Virus record (IMG/VR): IMGVR_UViG_3300023174_000045 | Coordinates: 1-64,000 of that record | Length of the DNA stretch: 64,000 bases | Strand: one strand, 5' to 3' | Part shown: positions 29,001 to 38,133 of the stretch, one piece after another | How the letters are laid out: each line of letters begins with the position of its first letter | How positions within the stretch are numbered: the first letter of the stretch is position 1 | Position numbers and translations under genes: made by a program | The notes under the pieces: generated by a model | Database searches by the model: none | Told to the model about the DNA's origin: nothing | The model's input: the letters and a program-made list of their open reading frames with translations, nothing else

Positions 29001-30377
29001 ATGCATGACATCGATTTCACACACAAACAATTCAACGGTATTCCTGTGGCGGCTGATTGGATAAGAGATCTTGAAAGTTCTGACAGCCGCCTGCACAAGG
29101 AAAAGGTGATTGAAAAAGCCTTGATGGCCTCAAAGTTGGGCAGTGCCAATGCACAGTGTTTCTTGTTCAACTGCTACCAAGCATACAATCCTTTCTACAC
29201 ATTCCATGTCAAACAAGTGCCTGAGAGCAGTGGCATTGAACACGCACCCAATCCTTGGCCTGTGTTTTGGGGCTTGCTGGAAGGCCTGCGCACAAGAACA
29301 TTCACTGGACATCGTGCCAGAGATGCTATTGTGGAATGCATGAAGCAGTTTGACAGTTTAGAGTGGAACAATCTCTGCAGACGTGTTATCACCAAAGACC
29401 TGAGATGCGGCATCAGTGAGAAAACACTGAACAAAGTACTAGGTAACACAGAGTGGAAGATTCCTGTGTTTACTTGCCAACTGGCACAAGATTCTACAGA
29501 CCAACCAAAGAAACTCAAAGGCATTAAACGCCTAGAGTGCAAACTGGATGGTGTGCGTGTGTTGGCAGTGGTGCAAGGCACAGATGTCACGCTGTACAGT
29601 CGCAATGGCAAACAGTTTGAAAACTTTCCGCAGATTGTGCAAGCCATTGAAGACAATCGCAAGGCATTGGGCGTACCAAACCACACCAGCTATAGTTTTG
29701 TGCTAGATGGCGAGATTGTGGGCGAGAGTTTCCAGAAGCTGATGAAACAAGCACACCGCAAATCGGATGCTGTCACAGACGGCATGGTGTATCACGTGTT
29801 TGATATCATACCGTTTGACAGTTTTATCGAAGGTCACTACAACGCACAACAACACAAACGCATTGAAATGTTGGAACGTGTACGTGCCAAATTGCCTGCG
29901 GATGGTCCCATCCAAATCATGAACGGACTTGAAGTGGACCTGGACACAGCCCAAGGACATGACATCATGCAACGCTATGCCGAAGCCGCTGTGGAAGGTG
30001 GCTTTGAAGGCATCATGATCAAGAGCATGGACGCACCCTATTTGTGCAAACGCACTGATTACTGGATGAAATGGAAACCCACAATCACAGTTGACCTGAG
30101 CATTGTGGGATTTGAAGAAGGTACTGGTCGCAATCTAAACCGACTGGGTGCTATAATCTGTGAAGGAGATGACAATGGACGACATATACGAGTCAATGTT
30201 GGTAGTGGTTTGTCTGATAGCGATCGTGATGAGTATTGGCACAGCAGGGACACTCTTCTTGGTCACTTGGTGGAAGTGCAAGCTGATGCAGTTACGCAAA
30301 ACCAAGACGGATCATACAGCCTGAGATTCCCAAGATTTTTACGTTTCAGAGATTTTGAAGCCGGCGAAAAAGTATGA
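29001..30377 (+). CDS. ATP-dependent DNA ligase
   Basis: KLDG, DGE, EGIMIK, KWKP, VGSG, SLRFPRF. Confidence 0.93.
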   Translation: MHDIDFTHKQFNGIPVAADWIRDLESSDSRLHKEKVIEKALMASKLGSANAQCFLFNCYQAYNPFYTFHVKQVPESSGIEHAPNPWPVFWGLLEGLRTRTFTGHRARDAIVECMKQFDSLEWNNLCRRVITKDLRCGISEKTLNKVLGNTEWKIPVFTCQLAQDSTDQPKKLKGIKRLECKLDGVRVLAVVQGTDVTLYSRNGKQFENFPQIVQAIEDNRKALGVPNHTSYSFVLDGEIVGESFQKLMKQAHRKSDAVTDGMVYHVFDIIPFDSFIEGHYNAQQHKRIEMLERVRAKLPADGPIQIMNGLEVDLDTAQGHDIMQRYAEAAVEGGFEGIMIKSMDAPYLCKRTDYWMKWKPTITVDLSIVGFEEGTGRNLNRLGAIICEGDDNGRHIRVNVGSGLSDSDRDEYWHSRDTLLGHLVEVQADAVTQNQDGSYSLRFPRFLRFRDFEAGEKV

Positions 30378-30646
30378 TTCATATTAGATTTGGATTGAGC
30401 AATCCTTGGGGTCGGCCCTTTGAGAACCTGTGGAATAGATCAGGACCAATTGCCCGCTACACGGCCTGGGAAGCAGAACTACTGCAAACCAGCCAATTGA
30501 TAGGATTTGAATTCAGTTACACTCGACGTCAAAGCCATGCTGGTCTGACTGTGGAACTGGCCGTGTTGGGTCGTAGTTTGTCCTTTATGATATACGACAC
30601 TCGACACTGGGATTACAAAACCAGCACCTGGGAGAAATATGACTAA
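30374..30646 (+). CDS. hypothetical protein
   Basis: Coupled ORF. Confidence 0.65.
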   Translation: MIHIRFGLSNPWGRPFENLWNRSGPIARYTAWEAELLQTSQLIGFEFSYTRRQSHAGLTVELAVLGRSLSFMIYDTRHWDYKTSTWEKYD

Positions 30647-31535
30647 GAAATTTAATACAGCAGGAAGATTGTTCACATTTGGAAGCAGTGATACTCGGTA
30701 TTATTGGCCAACGTGGGCCGACATCATTGGGACCTGTTGGAATACCTTTGAAAATTGGGGAAAAATAGGCGTAGGTAATCTATATATTTTTAACTCTATA
30801 ATTGAGTGCGATGCTAGAAACAATTTCAATGAAAACGACACAATTATAATTCATTGGGCACCGATAGCACGTATTGATTATTATCAATACAACGATTGGG
30901 GCACGGTGATTAATAAATTTCCAACAAAAAATCAACCAGATTATCCAGCATCTTGCATCAAGGGCTATGAAATTATAAACTATGCATACATCCGAGCAAT
31001 TGATGTTTTCCTAAAATCAAAAAAAGTTGAATTTAACATGTGGAGACCAGCGGGCTCCGAAACGGAAATTACAAAATTTTATTCGTCAGGCATTGATAAT
31101 TTAGAAGAAATCAAATTCATTACCAAACATTCAATACAGAATACTCCAAAAAATTTAAAAGAATCGATGTTTGCGATGTTCAAAGATGATGTCAATAACT
31201 TACAAAAAAAATTATACAACAGGCTTGCCGGCCCATCTTGGCCACCTTTAGAAGATATACTGAATAATTCTTACAGTGCTACTACTGCTATTCAAATTGA
31301 AATAGATGAATTTTTAAAAATTTTAGAAGACGATAAAAATGTAAATTCTTTAAAGTTCAAGCATGACCTTCACCCCGGCCCATTGGGATTCCTTGAACTT
31401 TTAAAAAGTTCAGATTATTTCAAAGATTTAGAAATACCAGACACCACAATTCAGTGGGTAAAAGATCTTGATCAAAAATTAAATCAAGGCGAAAAAATTA
31501 ATTTTAAACCTAATATTCCCAAAGATCGATTATAA
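30639..31535 (+). CDS. AT-rich hypothetical protein (SGNH-like N-terminus)
   Basis: FTFGSSDT...WPTWAD...GxGN resembles an SGNH block; DLHP near C-terminus. Confidence 0.5.
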   Translation: MTKKFNTAGRLFTFGSSDTRYYWPTWADIIGTCWNTFENWGKIGVGNLYIFNSIIECDARNNFNENDTIIIHWAPIARIDYYQYNDWGTVINKFPTKNQPDYPASCIKGYEIINYAYIRAIDVFLKSKKVEFNMWRPAGSETEITKFYSSGIDNLEEIKFITKHSIQNTPKNLKESMFAMFKDDVNNLQKKLYNRLAGPSWPPLEDILNNSYSATTAIQIEIDEFLKILEDDKNVNSLKFKHDLHPGPLGFLELLKSSDYFKDLEIPDTTIQWVKDLDQKLNQGEKINFKPNIPKDRL

Positions 31536-31552
31536 ACACTAATGGTGTATCT

Positions 31553-32020
31553 ATGACCAAGAAAATCTATTACGAAAAACGTGGACGTAGGTATGTGCCT
31601 GTGTCAGAATACGATAGTGAATACCTGGACAGTTTCTCTAAGGGCACACACATTGTGATGTGCTACCCAGGCGGTCAAAGCCGCCGATACAACATCGATC
31701 CCAACTACGCCGCAATGATTGCCGCAGGGCGTGTTGCTGAAGATGCTATCTGTCGAGCCATATCCAAATCTAGCGAAATGCGTCCGCAACGAACTCCTCT
31801 CACTCTAGGACAACAACGGGCCTGGAAAAAGTTAGCCAAAGAGTTTGGCGATGATTTGGCCACACTGAGTCTGGGCTGTGCCAGAGATCATGCCGAAGCC
31901 GGCGTACAGGCCATGCAAGCGGAAGCGGACAAACTGCTAACCAATCCCGCTGTGCGGCTGGCCTACGAGCAGTTTCTCCTGGTGTGCGAATTAACTAAAA
32001 AACAAGTTGACAACGCCTGA
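31553..32020 (+). CDS. conserved hypothetical phage protein
   Basis: 155-aa ORF. Confidence 0.7.
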   Translation: MTKKIYYEKRGRRYVPVSEYDSEYLDSFSKGTHIVMCYPGGQSRRYNIDPNYAAMIAAGRVAEDAICRAISKSSEMRPQRTPLTLGQQRAWKKLAKEFGDDLATLSLGCARDHAEAGVQAMQAEADKLLTNPAVRLAYEQFLLVCELTKKQVDNA

Positions 32021-32035
32021 CTTTTACAGTATAAT
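32007..32035 (+). promoter_or_regulatory. perfect-consensus sigma70 promoter
   Basis: TTGACA-N17-TATAAT. Confidence 0.9.
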
Positions 32036-32041
32036 TACTGT

Positions 32042-32212
32042 GCATGACCAGGGAGATTGGGTGGCTTAATGGGCATGGTAGGAAGAGATCTTTAACCGGT
32101 CCTGCTGTGTGCCGTGGCATCAGAAGCAGAAATCCCGTAGGATGAGACACTGGCTAGATCTGGCAACAGATCAAAACACTGGCTGGTACCCAGTGGAGTA
32201 TGCCTTGTAGAT
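32042..32212 (+). ncRNA. candidate highly structured ncRNA / long leader
   Basis: About 190 nt ORF-free after a consensus promoter; several hairpins including a GCAA tetraloop, plus long-range pairings. Confidence 0.5.
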
Positions 32213-32234
32213 AAAAACAGTGAGAAGGATAGCA

Positions 32235-32552
32235 ATGTCTGTTGAAATTGAAACCTCTGCGTTGAGCACGTTTGAATCCCTTGACTCTCTTAGATCAACG
32301 CCCTTGGTCATGCACCGTATTCAGATCGAGTTGCGTACTGTCAAAGACTGGTATGCAGTAATACGTGAACTCAATCAAATTGTTGGCGTCAACAATTGGA
32401 AGGGCCAACATCATGTCAAACGCCGATTGGAAAATCTGATCTGGGACGATAGCAAGACCATATGGGTTTGGTTTGATGTGCCTGATGAGAAGATTGCCAC
32501 ATGGTTGGCAGTTAAACTAGCCGTCACTGTCCGTATAACACCCAATAAATAA
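32235..32552 (+). CDS. hypothetical protein
   Basis: SD GAAGGA. Confidence 0.7.
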   Translation: MSVEIETSALSTFESLDSLRSTPLVMHRIQIELRTVKDWYAVIRELNQIVGVNNWKGQHHVKRRLENLIWDDSKTIWVWFDVPDEKIATWLAVKLAVTVRITPNK

Positions 32553-32556
32553 ATCT

Positions 32557-34065
32557 ATGTTCCTCAGTTATTTTACATTGTTAACCGCTCTTTCATTGAG
32601 CGTGGTTGCGGCCTGGTACAGTATACTAGGCCTTACTGCTATTTTTGCCTCAGCAGTGATACCTATTATTATTATGGGATCCATCTTGGAAGTGGCCAAA
32701 GTCACCGTCACAGTATGGTTGCACGAATACTGGCACCGTTGTAGACTGTTGATGAAAATATACCTGGTGCCAGCAGTGGGCATGCTTATGGTGATCACAT
32801 CAATGGGCATTTTTGGTTTTTTAAGCAAAGCACACAGTGATCAAAATTTAATCAGCGGTGACGCACAAAGCAAGATTGCAATATATGATGAAAAAATCAA
32901 AACCCAAAAGGATAATATTGAAGCAAACCGTAAGGCACTTAAACAGATGGATGAGGGCGTGGACTCTGTATTGGGCCGCTCAACAGATGAAAAAGGTGCC
33001 GACAAAGCTGTGGCTCTGCGAAAAGCCCAGCAGAAAGAGCGTGTTAGACTTCAAAATGAAATACTACAGTCGCAGAAGTCCATTGCGGAACTTAACGAAG
33101 CCCGTGCGCCTATTGCCGCCGAGGTACGTAAAGTCGAAGCAGAAGTTGGGCCAATTAAGTATATCGCGGCGTTCATCTACGGAGACAACCCAGACGCCAA
33201 TCTACTAGAACGTGCTGTACGTTGGGTCATCATCATACTTGTGGTGGTGTTTGATCCACTGGCCATCATGATGGTGCTGGCCGCCACAGAGAGCATGAAG
33301 TGGGAACGTGATGCACGTCGTCAACTGGCCTATGAGCCCGATGATGGGGCATTGACAGAGCAACAACTTGAACAACTACGTGCAACAGCAGAACTACCCA
33401 CAGGTGAGGCCATTGAAACCAGTTCATTGTTTGACAAAGACCCTCCCAAGGATCCGCATCCGCCAGGCTGGATGTATGATGAACTACAAACAAACGCACT
33501 CAGCGAAGAGGACGTGGAACAAGTCATTGCTGAATTTGATCAAGTACGACACACCGAACCCACTGTGTTTAACAATGATTATCTGAAAGAGCTCGACAAG
33601 CCCACAGTTGAATACCAAATACTCGAAGATGTCGATGAAGACCTCGACGACAACGATCCATTAAAAGCCGCAATTAAACAATGGAAAGATGAGAACCCCG
33701 ACGGAACCCTCAAGGAAGAACGATATAAACTTGCTCGTGGAAAAATTGATGAACTACCTTGGATGCGTTTGTTAGCAGACAATGACGATCTGGGCAGAGA
33801 ACCATTGACAGGATTTGGCATTGCTTTCCCGGAACAAGCTGTCAAGGGAGACACATTCATGCGTGTGGATCGCATGCCCAGTGTGCTGTACAAGTACAAT
33901 GGTCAGAACTGGATTATTGTGGACAAAACTTTAACAGATAACTACACATACGATGATGCGTATATCGAGCATTTGATCACACAACTGACATCTGGAGAAT
34001 ACGATCCAGACATGTTGAGTGATGCTGAAGCTGATGCTATTGCTCGTCGTGTAAAACCAATTTAA
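32557..34065 (+). CDS. multi-pass membrane protein with coiled coil and acidic cytoplasmic domain
   Basis: 3-4 TM helices, long heptad region; TAAATA 5 nt before ATG. Confidence 0.75.
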   Translation: MFLSYFTLLTALSLSVVAAWYSILGLTAIFASAVIPIIIMGSILEVAKVTVTVWLHEYWHRCRLLMKIYLVPAVGMLMVITSMGIFGFLSKAHSDQNLISGDAQSKIAIYDEKIKTQKDNIEANRKALKQMDEGVDSVLGRSTDEKGADKAVALRKAQQKERVRLQNEILQSQKSIAELNEARAPIAAEVRKVEAEVGPIKYIAAFIYGDNPDANLLERAVRWVIIILVVVFDPLAIMMVLAATESMKWERDARRQLAYEPDDGALTEQQLEQLRATAELPTGEAIETSSLFDKDPPKDPHPPGWMYDELQTNALSEEDVEQVIAEFDQVRHTEPTVFNNDYLKELDKPTVEYQILEDVDEDLDDNDPLKAAIKQWKDENPDGTLKEERYKLARGKIDELPWMRLLADNDDLGREPLTGFGIAFPEQAVKGDTFMRVDRMPSVLYKYNGQNWIIVDKTLTDNYTYDDAYIEHLITQLTSGEYDPDMLSDAEADAIARRVKPI

Positions 34066-34067
34066 AT

Positions 34068-35276
34068 ATGAAATCACCTGAAACCCTAGACAACTGTAGT
34101 TTCTGCGGCAAACACAAAGATTCAGTGGCCAAACTTATTGTGGGCAATGAAGTCTCAATTTGCAACGAGTGTGTGGACCTGTGTCAGACCTTGCTAGTAG
34201 AAGAACTTCCCGAAAAATCAAAAGAAGTCACAGACGACACCCTGGATCCCAGAGCCATCAAAGATCACCTAGATCAGTATGTGATTGGACAGGATCATGC
34301 CAAAATGGTGCTGAGTGTGGCCATTGCCAATCATTACAAACGCATAGCCAATGCTGATGCCAACATAGAAATTGAAAAAGCCAACATCCTCATGCTTGGC
34401 CCAACAGGCTCGGGCAAAACATTGTTGGCACGTACTGTGGCACGTTATTTGGATGTACCATTTGTCATAGCTGATGCCACCAGTTTGACCGAAGCAGGGT
34501 ATGTGGGCGATGATGTGGAGAGCCTGATCACCAGACTGTACACAGCCGCAGGCAGTGATGTGGCCAAGACACAACGTGGTATTGTGTTTGTGGATGAAAT
34601 TGACAAGATCAGCCGACGCAGTGAGAGTGCCAGTATCACCCGAGATGTGTCGGGAGAAGGTGTGCAACAGGCCTTACTCAAGTTGGTCGAAGGAACCAAG
34701 TGCAGAATCACTCCACAAGGTGGCCGCAAGCATCCTTCAGGTGAGACAGTGGAAATTGACACAGCCAACATACTGTTCATTGCCGGTGGTGCATTTGTGG
34801 GCCTAGACAACATTGTCAAAAGCCGGATAAAAGGCACCAGCATAGGATTCAACGCCAAGGTGGGCAATGACAAGACCGCGCACTTAGATCAAACCACTCC
34901 CGAAGACTTGATCAAGTTTGGTATGATACCTGAGTTTGTGGGACGTTTCCCCAGCTGGGTTGCATTGGAAGAACTCACCAAAGAAGATTTGATACGCATC
35001 TTGCAAGAAGTCAAACACAGTTATGTGAGCCAGTACAAATGGCTGTTTCAACGAGATCAAGTTGAACTCAAGTTCAGCACCGACAGTCTGGAATTGATTG
35101 CAGAACGCACCATTGCCAGTAAAACTGGCGCACGTGGTCTGCATTCAGAATTGGAACGTGTGTTGTTGCCCCATATGTATAACCTAGCTCGTTACCGCAA
35201 TCACGGAATCAAAACGGTTTCTATTGACACCCAACAGGTAAATATTCCCAAGGAGCTCAAAGAAATAAATGAATAA
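34068..35276 (+). CDS. clpX: ATP-dependent Clp protease ATPase ClpX
   Basis: C4 Zn finger [34 protein letters not shown] loop, GARGL. Confidence 0.95.
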   Translation: MKSPETLDNCSFCGKHKDSVAKLIVGNEVSICNECVDLCQTLLVEELPEKSKEVTDDTLDPRAIKDHLDQYVIGQDHAKMVLSVAIANHYKRIANADANIEIEKANILMLGPTGSGKTLLARTVARYLDVPFVIADATSLTEAGYVGDDVESLITRLYTAAGSDVAKTQRGIVFVDEIDKISRRSESASITRDVSGEGVQQALLKLVEGTKCRITPQGGRKHPSGETVEIDTANILFIAGGAFVGLDNIVKSRIKGTSIGFNAKVGNDKTAHLDQTTPEDLIKFGMIPEFVGRFPSWVALEELTKEDLIRILQEVKHSYVSQYKWLFQRDQVELKFSTDSLELIAERTIASKTGARGLHSELERVLLPHMYNLARYRNHGIKTVSIDTQQVNIPKELKEINE

Positions 35277-35493
35277 GTCGCATGCTAGATCAGTGTTGGT
35301 ACAAGACAACAACATAGAAAAAGCTCTTCGCAAATTCAAGAAAAAAGTTCAGAATTCTGGGGTATTAGAAGATCTCAGGGCACGTGAATTTTACATCAAA
35401 CCCACCACAGCTCGTAAACTCAAACACAGTGCCGCAAAAAATCGTTGGCGCAAAAAACTTGAAAGTCAACAACTCCCTCCCCGCACACACTGA
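35269..35493 (+). CDS. rpsU: 30S ribosomal protein bS21
   Basis: ALRKFKK, LRAREFYIKPT, SQQLPP tail like Burkholderiales S21. Confidence 0.9.
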   Translation: MNKSHARSVLVQDNNIEKALRKFKKKVQNSGVLEDLRAREFYIKPTTARKLKHSAAKNRWRKKLESQQLPPRTH

Positions 35494-35729
35494 TGTACAT
35501 TGAGTTTGATTTGTCGGGAATTAAAACCAGTGGTGAATTTTTATTGTTACGCAAAGAATTACTGGAGTGGGGCAAACGATACAGCATCGAATATCGTGAA
35601 AAAACTATCAAACGCACACATCGTGTGACTTTTGACCAAGACGAAAATTATTCTTTTTGGGCAATAACTTGGAATCCACACTATAATTTCCAATATCGCA
35701 TTGTGTCTGACCTAAATAACAAAATATAA
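35493..35729 (+). CDS. hypothetical protein
   Basis: Coupled to rpsU. Confidence 0.65.
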   Translation: MYIEFDLSGIKTSGEFLLLRKELLEWGKRYSIEYREKTIKRTHRVTFDQDENYSFWAITWNPHYNFQYRIVSDLNNKI

Positions 35730-35819
35730 TTCTGGGTTGTGTTATAATAAATACTGATGTAGTGCCCATGGTGGGGCTACAATTCAAAATGTCATCTTGC
35801 TTAATAAAGGAGAAAACAA

Positions 35820-36278
35820 ATGACAAAAACTCTAACCCTTCGCAGTTTCGATCTTCCCGCACTTCACAAATTTGGTATTGGTTTTGATAACATGTTTGAT
35901 GAGATCATGCGTGTCAACGCTCAACAAAGCAACAGCAACTATCCACCTTATGACATTGTGCAAATCAACGATGATGAGTACATGATCTCAGTGGCTGTGG
36001 CCGGCTTTGGAGCAGATGACCTCACAGTGACCAAGGACAAGAAAACCTTGATCATTGAAGGCAAGCACAGCCGTGAGACGGTGGACAACGAAGACGCCAC
36101 TGCAAAATATTTGCACAAAGGCATAAGCGAACGCAGTTTCCGTAGAGAGTTTACATTAGCCGACTATGTAGAGATCAGCAATGCTCATCTTGAACTGGGC
36201 ATACTCAGCGTACATTTAAAACGCGAAGTACCCGAACAAGACAAGCCAAAGACCATTGCAATTACCTACAAAGAGTAA
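35820..36278 (+). CDS. small heat shock protein (Hsp20/IbpA family)
   Basis: YPPYDI, VAGF, YLHKGIS.RSF.REF.L, A.L..GIL. Confidence 0.93.
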   Translation: MTKTLTLRSFDLPALHKFGIGFDNMFDEIMRVNAQQSNSNYPPYDIVQINDDEYMISVAVAGFGADDLTVTKDKKTLIIEGKHSRETVDNEDATAKYLHKGISERSFRREFTLADYVEISNAHLELGILSVHLKREVPEQDKPKTIAITYKE

Positions 36279-36343
36279 TATAATGTAAATACAGTGACAG
36301 CAATCCTGCTGTCACTAATTGAGTAGCAAAGCAAGGAATAGAA

Positions 36344-36655
36344 ATGGCACACAGCGATACCCGCACACGAATCAAACCATCAGAGGCCGTAATAGAGCCG
36401 CCTATGTTTAAAGTTATCTACTTGAACGATAACCAAACCACAATGGAATTTGTTGTGGACAGCCTGGTCGAATATTTTGACTACACACCGGCCACTGCCG
36501 AACAAATCACCATAGACATTCATCAAGCAGGACAAGCCACAGTGGCAGTGTTGCCTTACGAAGTTGCCGAACAAAAAGGCATCGAAGTCACAATCAGCGC
36601 AAGATCACAAAGTTTTCCACTGCAAATCAAGCTGGAACCTGAAACTGTAAATTAA
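36344..36655 (+). CDS. clpS: Clp adaptor ClpS
   Basis: FKVIYLNDNQTTMEFVV, IHQAG, FPLQI. Confidence 0.9.
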   Translation: MAHSDTRTRIKPSEAVIEPPMFKVIYLNDNQTTMEFVVDSLVEYFDYTPATAEQITIDIHQAGQATVAVLPYEVAEQKGIEVTISARSQSFPLQIKLEPETVN

Positions 36656-37440
36656 TCGTCTACAACAATGCGCAAGGGATGGTATACATGTTGTTTCCAC
36701 TCAGTATCACCTCGACCTCTGCAGTTGTTGACAAACCGCACACCTTGACGTATTTGATCCACTGATCCATGATAGTGACCAAAACACCAGGTGTGCAATT
36801 TCTTCTCTGTGTCTGCACTCAAGGCCTGCATCATAAAACTGTTGCCCATGGTATTGAATCTTAGAGTTTCTGCCAATCCGATGTCGTGTGCAACCAAACT
36901 TGCATTGGGCACCGTGTGCGTGACACACACAATCTTGTTGACGTCATTGTGAGTTTGCAGACGTTTCACACTGCCAATCATGTAAGTACTGTCGGTTCGG
37001 GCCATGCGTCCCACAGTTTTGGCCACGGTGCCGTTGACCTTGGCATAATCTTGAAACCAAAGCGATGACTGCTCTGCATCAATACTGAGATCGAAATCAT
37101 AAGTCCACCAACCATTTGTGCCTATGATTGCTACCCCGTCAACCACTGCAACATTGTCTTGCAAGTATACCACATTGGGTATTCTTCTTATTTTTTTAGC
37201 AAGATCTGCATAACTGCTGTTTAAATCGTTAAGATAATATCTGTGTTCGTCATTGCCGTCTACGTAAAACACCGCCTGATAACATTGTCCAAGATGCCTT
37301 AACGAATCAACAACCACTGTGCGGTCACGTGCAATATCACCAGCTACAACGCAATAAGGACTGGTGGCCAGGCCTGACCAATCAAATCCGGGCCAGGTTT
37401 CAGTGTGTAAATCAGAAATTAAATCAAACGCAAAACTCAT
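36652..37440 (-). CDS. calcineurin-like metallophosphoesterase
   Basis: SDLH, GDI, GNDEH, THTVP, FGHYH. Confidence 0.85.
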   Translation of the reverse strand: MSFAFDLISDLHTETWPGFDWSGLATSPYCVVAGDIARDRTVVVDSLRHLGQCYQAVFYVDGNDEHRYYLNDLNSSYADLAKKIRRIPNVVYLQDNVAVVDGVAIIGTNGWWTYDFDLSIDAEQSSLWFQDYAKVNGTVAKTVGRMARTDSTYMIGSVKRLQTHNDVNKIVCVTHTVPNASLVAHDIGLAETLRFNTMGNSFMMQALSADTEKKLHTWCFGHYHGSVDQIRQGVRFVNNCRGRGDTEWKQHVYHPLRIVVDD

Positions 37441-37464
37441 GATACATATTTAAAAGGAAAATGT

Positions 37465-37821
37465 ATGAACATTATATTTGGAGACGCATTAGATAAACTG
37501 CCAGACAACTATACAGTGTTGGAATTAGATACATTTGTATTTCCTCCCAACAGCGACAAACGCACCAGTTATTGTGTGATTGAAAAAGTTCCGCTTACTG
37601 ACTTCCCTTTGATGGAGGCATACATCAAAGTTCACACTGACATGATGCAGGCCTATAGAGATCAAAATTGGGAGTATTGTCTGCATGCCATCAAAGGGCT
37701 GATAGGACATTGGAATGGAGAGTTAGACAGTTTTTATTCTAACTTGTTGCAACGTGTGGAAAAATATCAAGCCAATCCACCAGGTGACTACTGGACTGGC
37801 TACATCGACAAGACGGTTTAA
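37465..37821 (+). CDS. protein resembling the C-terminal helical tail of class III adenylate/guanylate cyclases
   Basis: AYRDQNW...RVEKY..NPP..WTG pattern; no catalytic cyclase domain. Confidence 0.5.
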   Translation: MNIIFGDALDKLPDNYTVLELDTFVFPPNSDKRTSYCVIEKVPLTDFPLMEAYIKVHTDMMQAYRDQNWEYCLHAIKGLIGHWNGELDSFYSNLLQRVEKYQANPPGDYWTGYIDKTV

Positions 37822-38108
37822 ATTTCAGGTTTGCTTGAAGTTTCGCCGGCACCCAACACGCAGGCCATGCTGGCGTCATATTCAATCATGGTCCATGATC
37901 GTTTTTCCCGGTTGACCAACAGTGTGATATGTGTGCCTGTGTTGGTTTTGCCCACCCATAATGGTGTTTCTTGAAAGTTAATTGAAAAATAACTCATCAC
38001 GCTTTGTGCGTCAGAACATTTGATCTGCTTTTGCATGTCGACAATTTGTTGGGCGTGGGCTATAGAGCTGATTAGGCAGAATAACAACGCCACTGCTGTG
38101 TTTTTCAT
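37818..38108 (-). CDS. small secreted protein
   Basis: Signal peptide MKNTAVALLFCLISSIAHA; TAAATA plus SD. Confidence 0.7.
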   Translation of the reverse strand: MKNTAVALLFCLISSIAHAQQIVDMQKQIKCSDAQSVMSYFSINFQETPLWVGKTNTGTHITLLVNREKRSWTMIEYDASMACVLGAGETSSKPEI

Positions 38109-38133
38109 AGTGGCTTCTCCTGTGTGATATTTA

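Noticed and set aside
32042-32212. RNase P, tmRNA, SRP, group I intron or cobalamin riboswitch identity for the long ncRNA candidate
   Set aside because: Diagnostic conserved cores (GAGGAAAGUCC, tag ORF/CCA end, GGAAGGAAGCAG, P7 GACUA/UAGUC, B12 box) are not present in proper order
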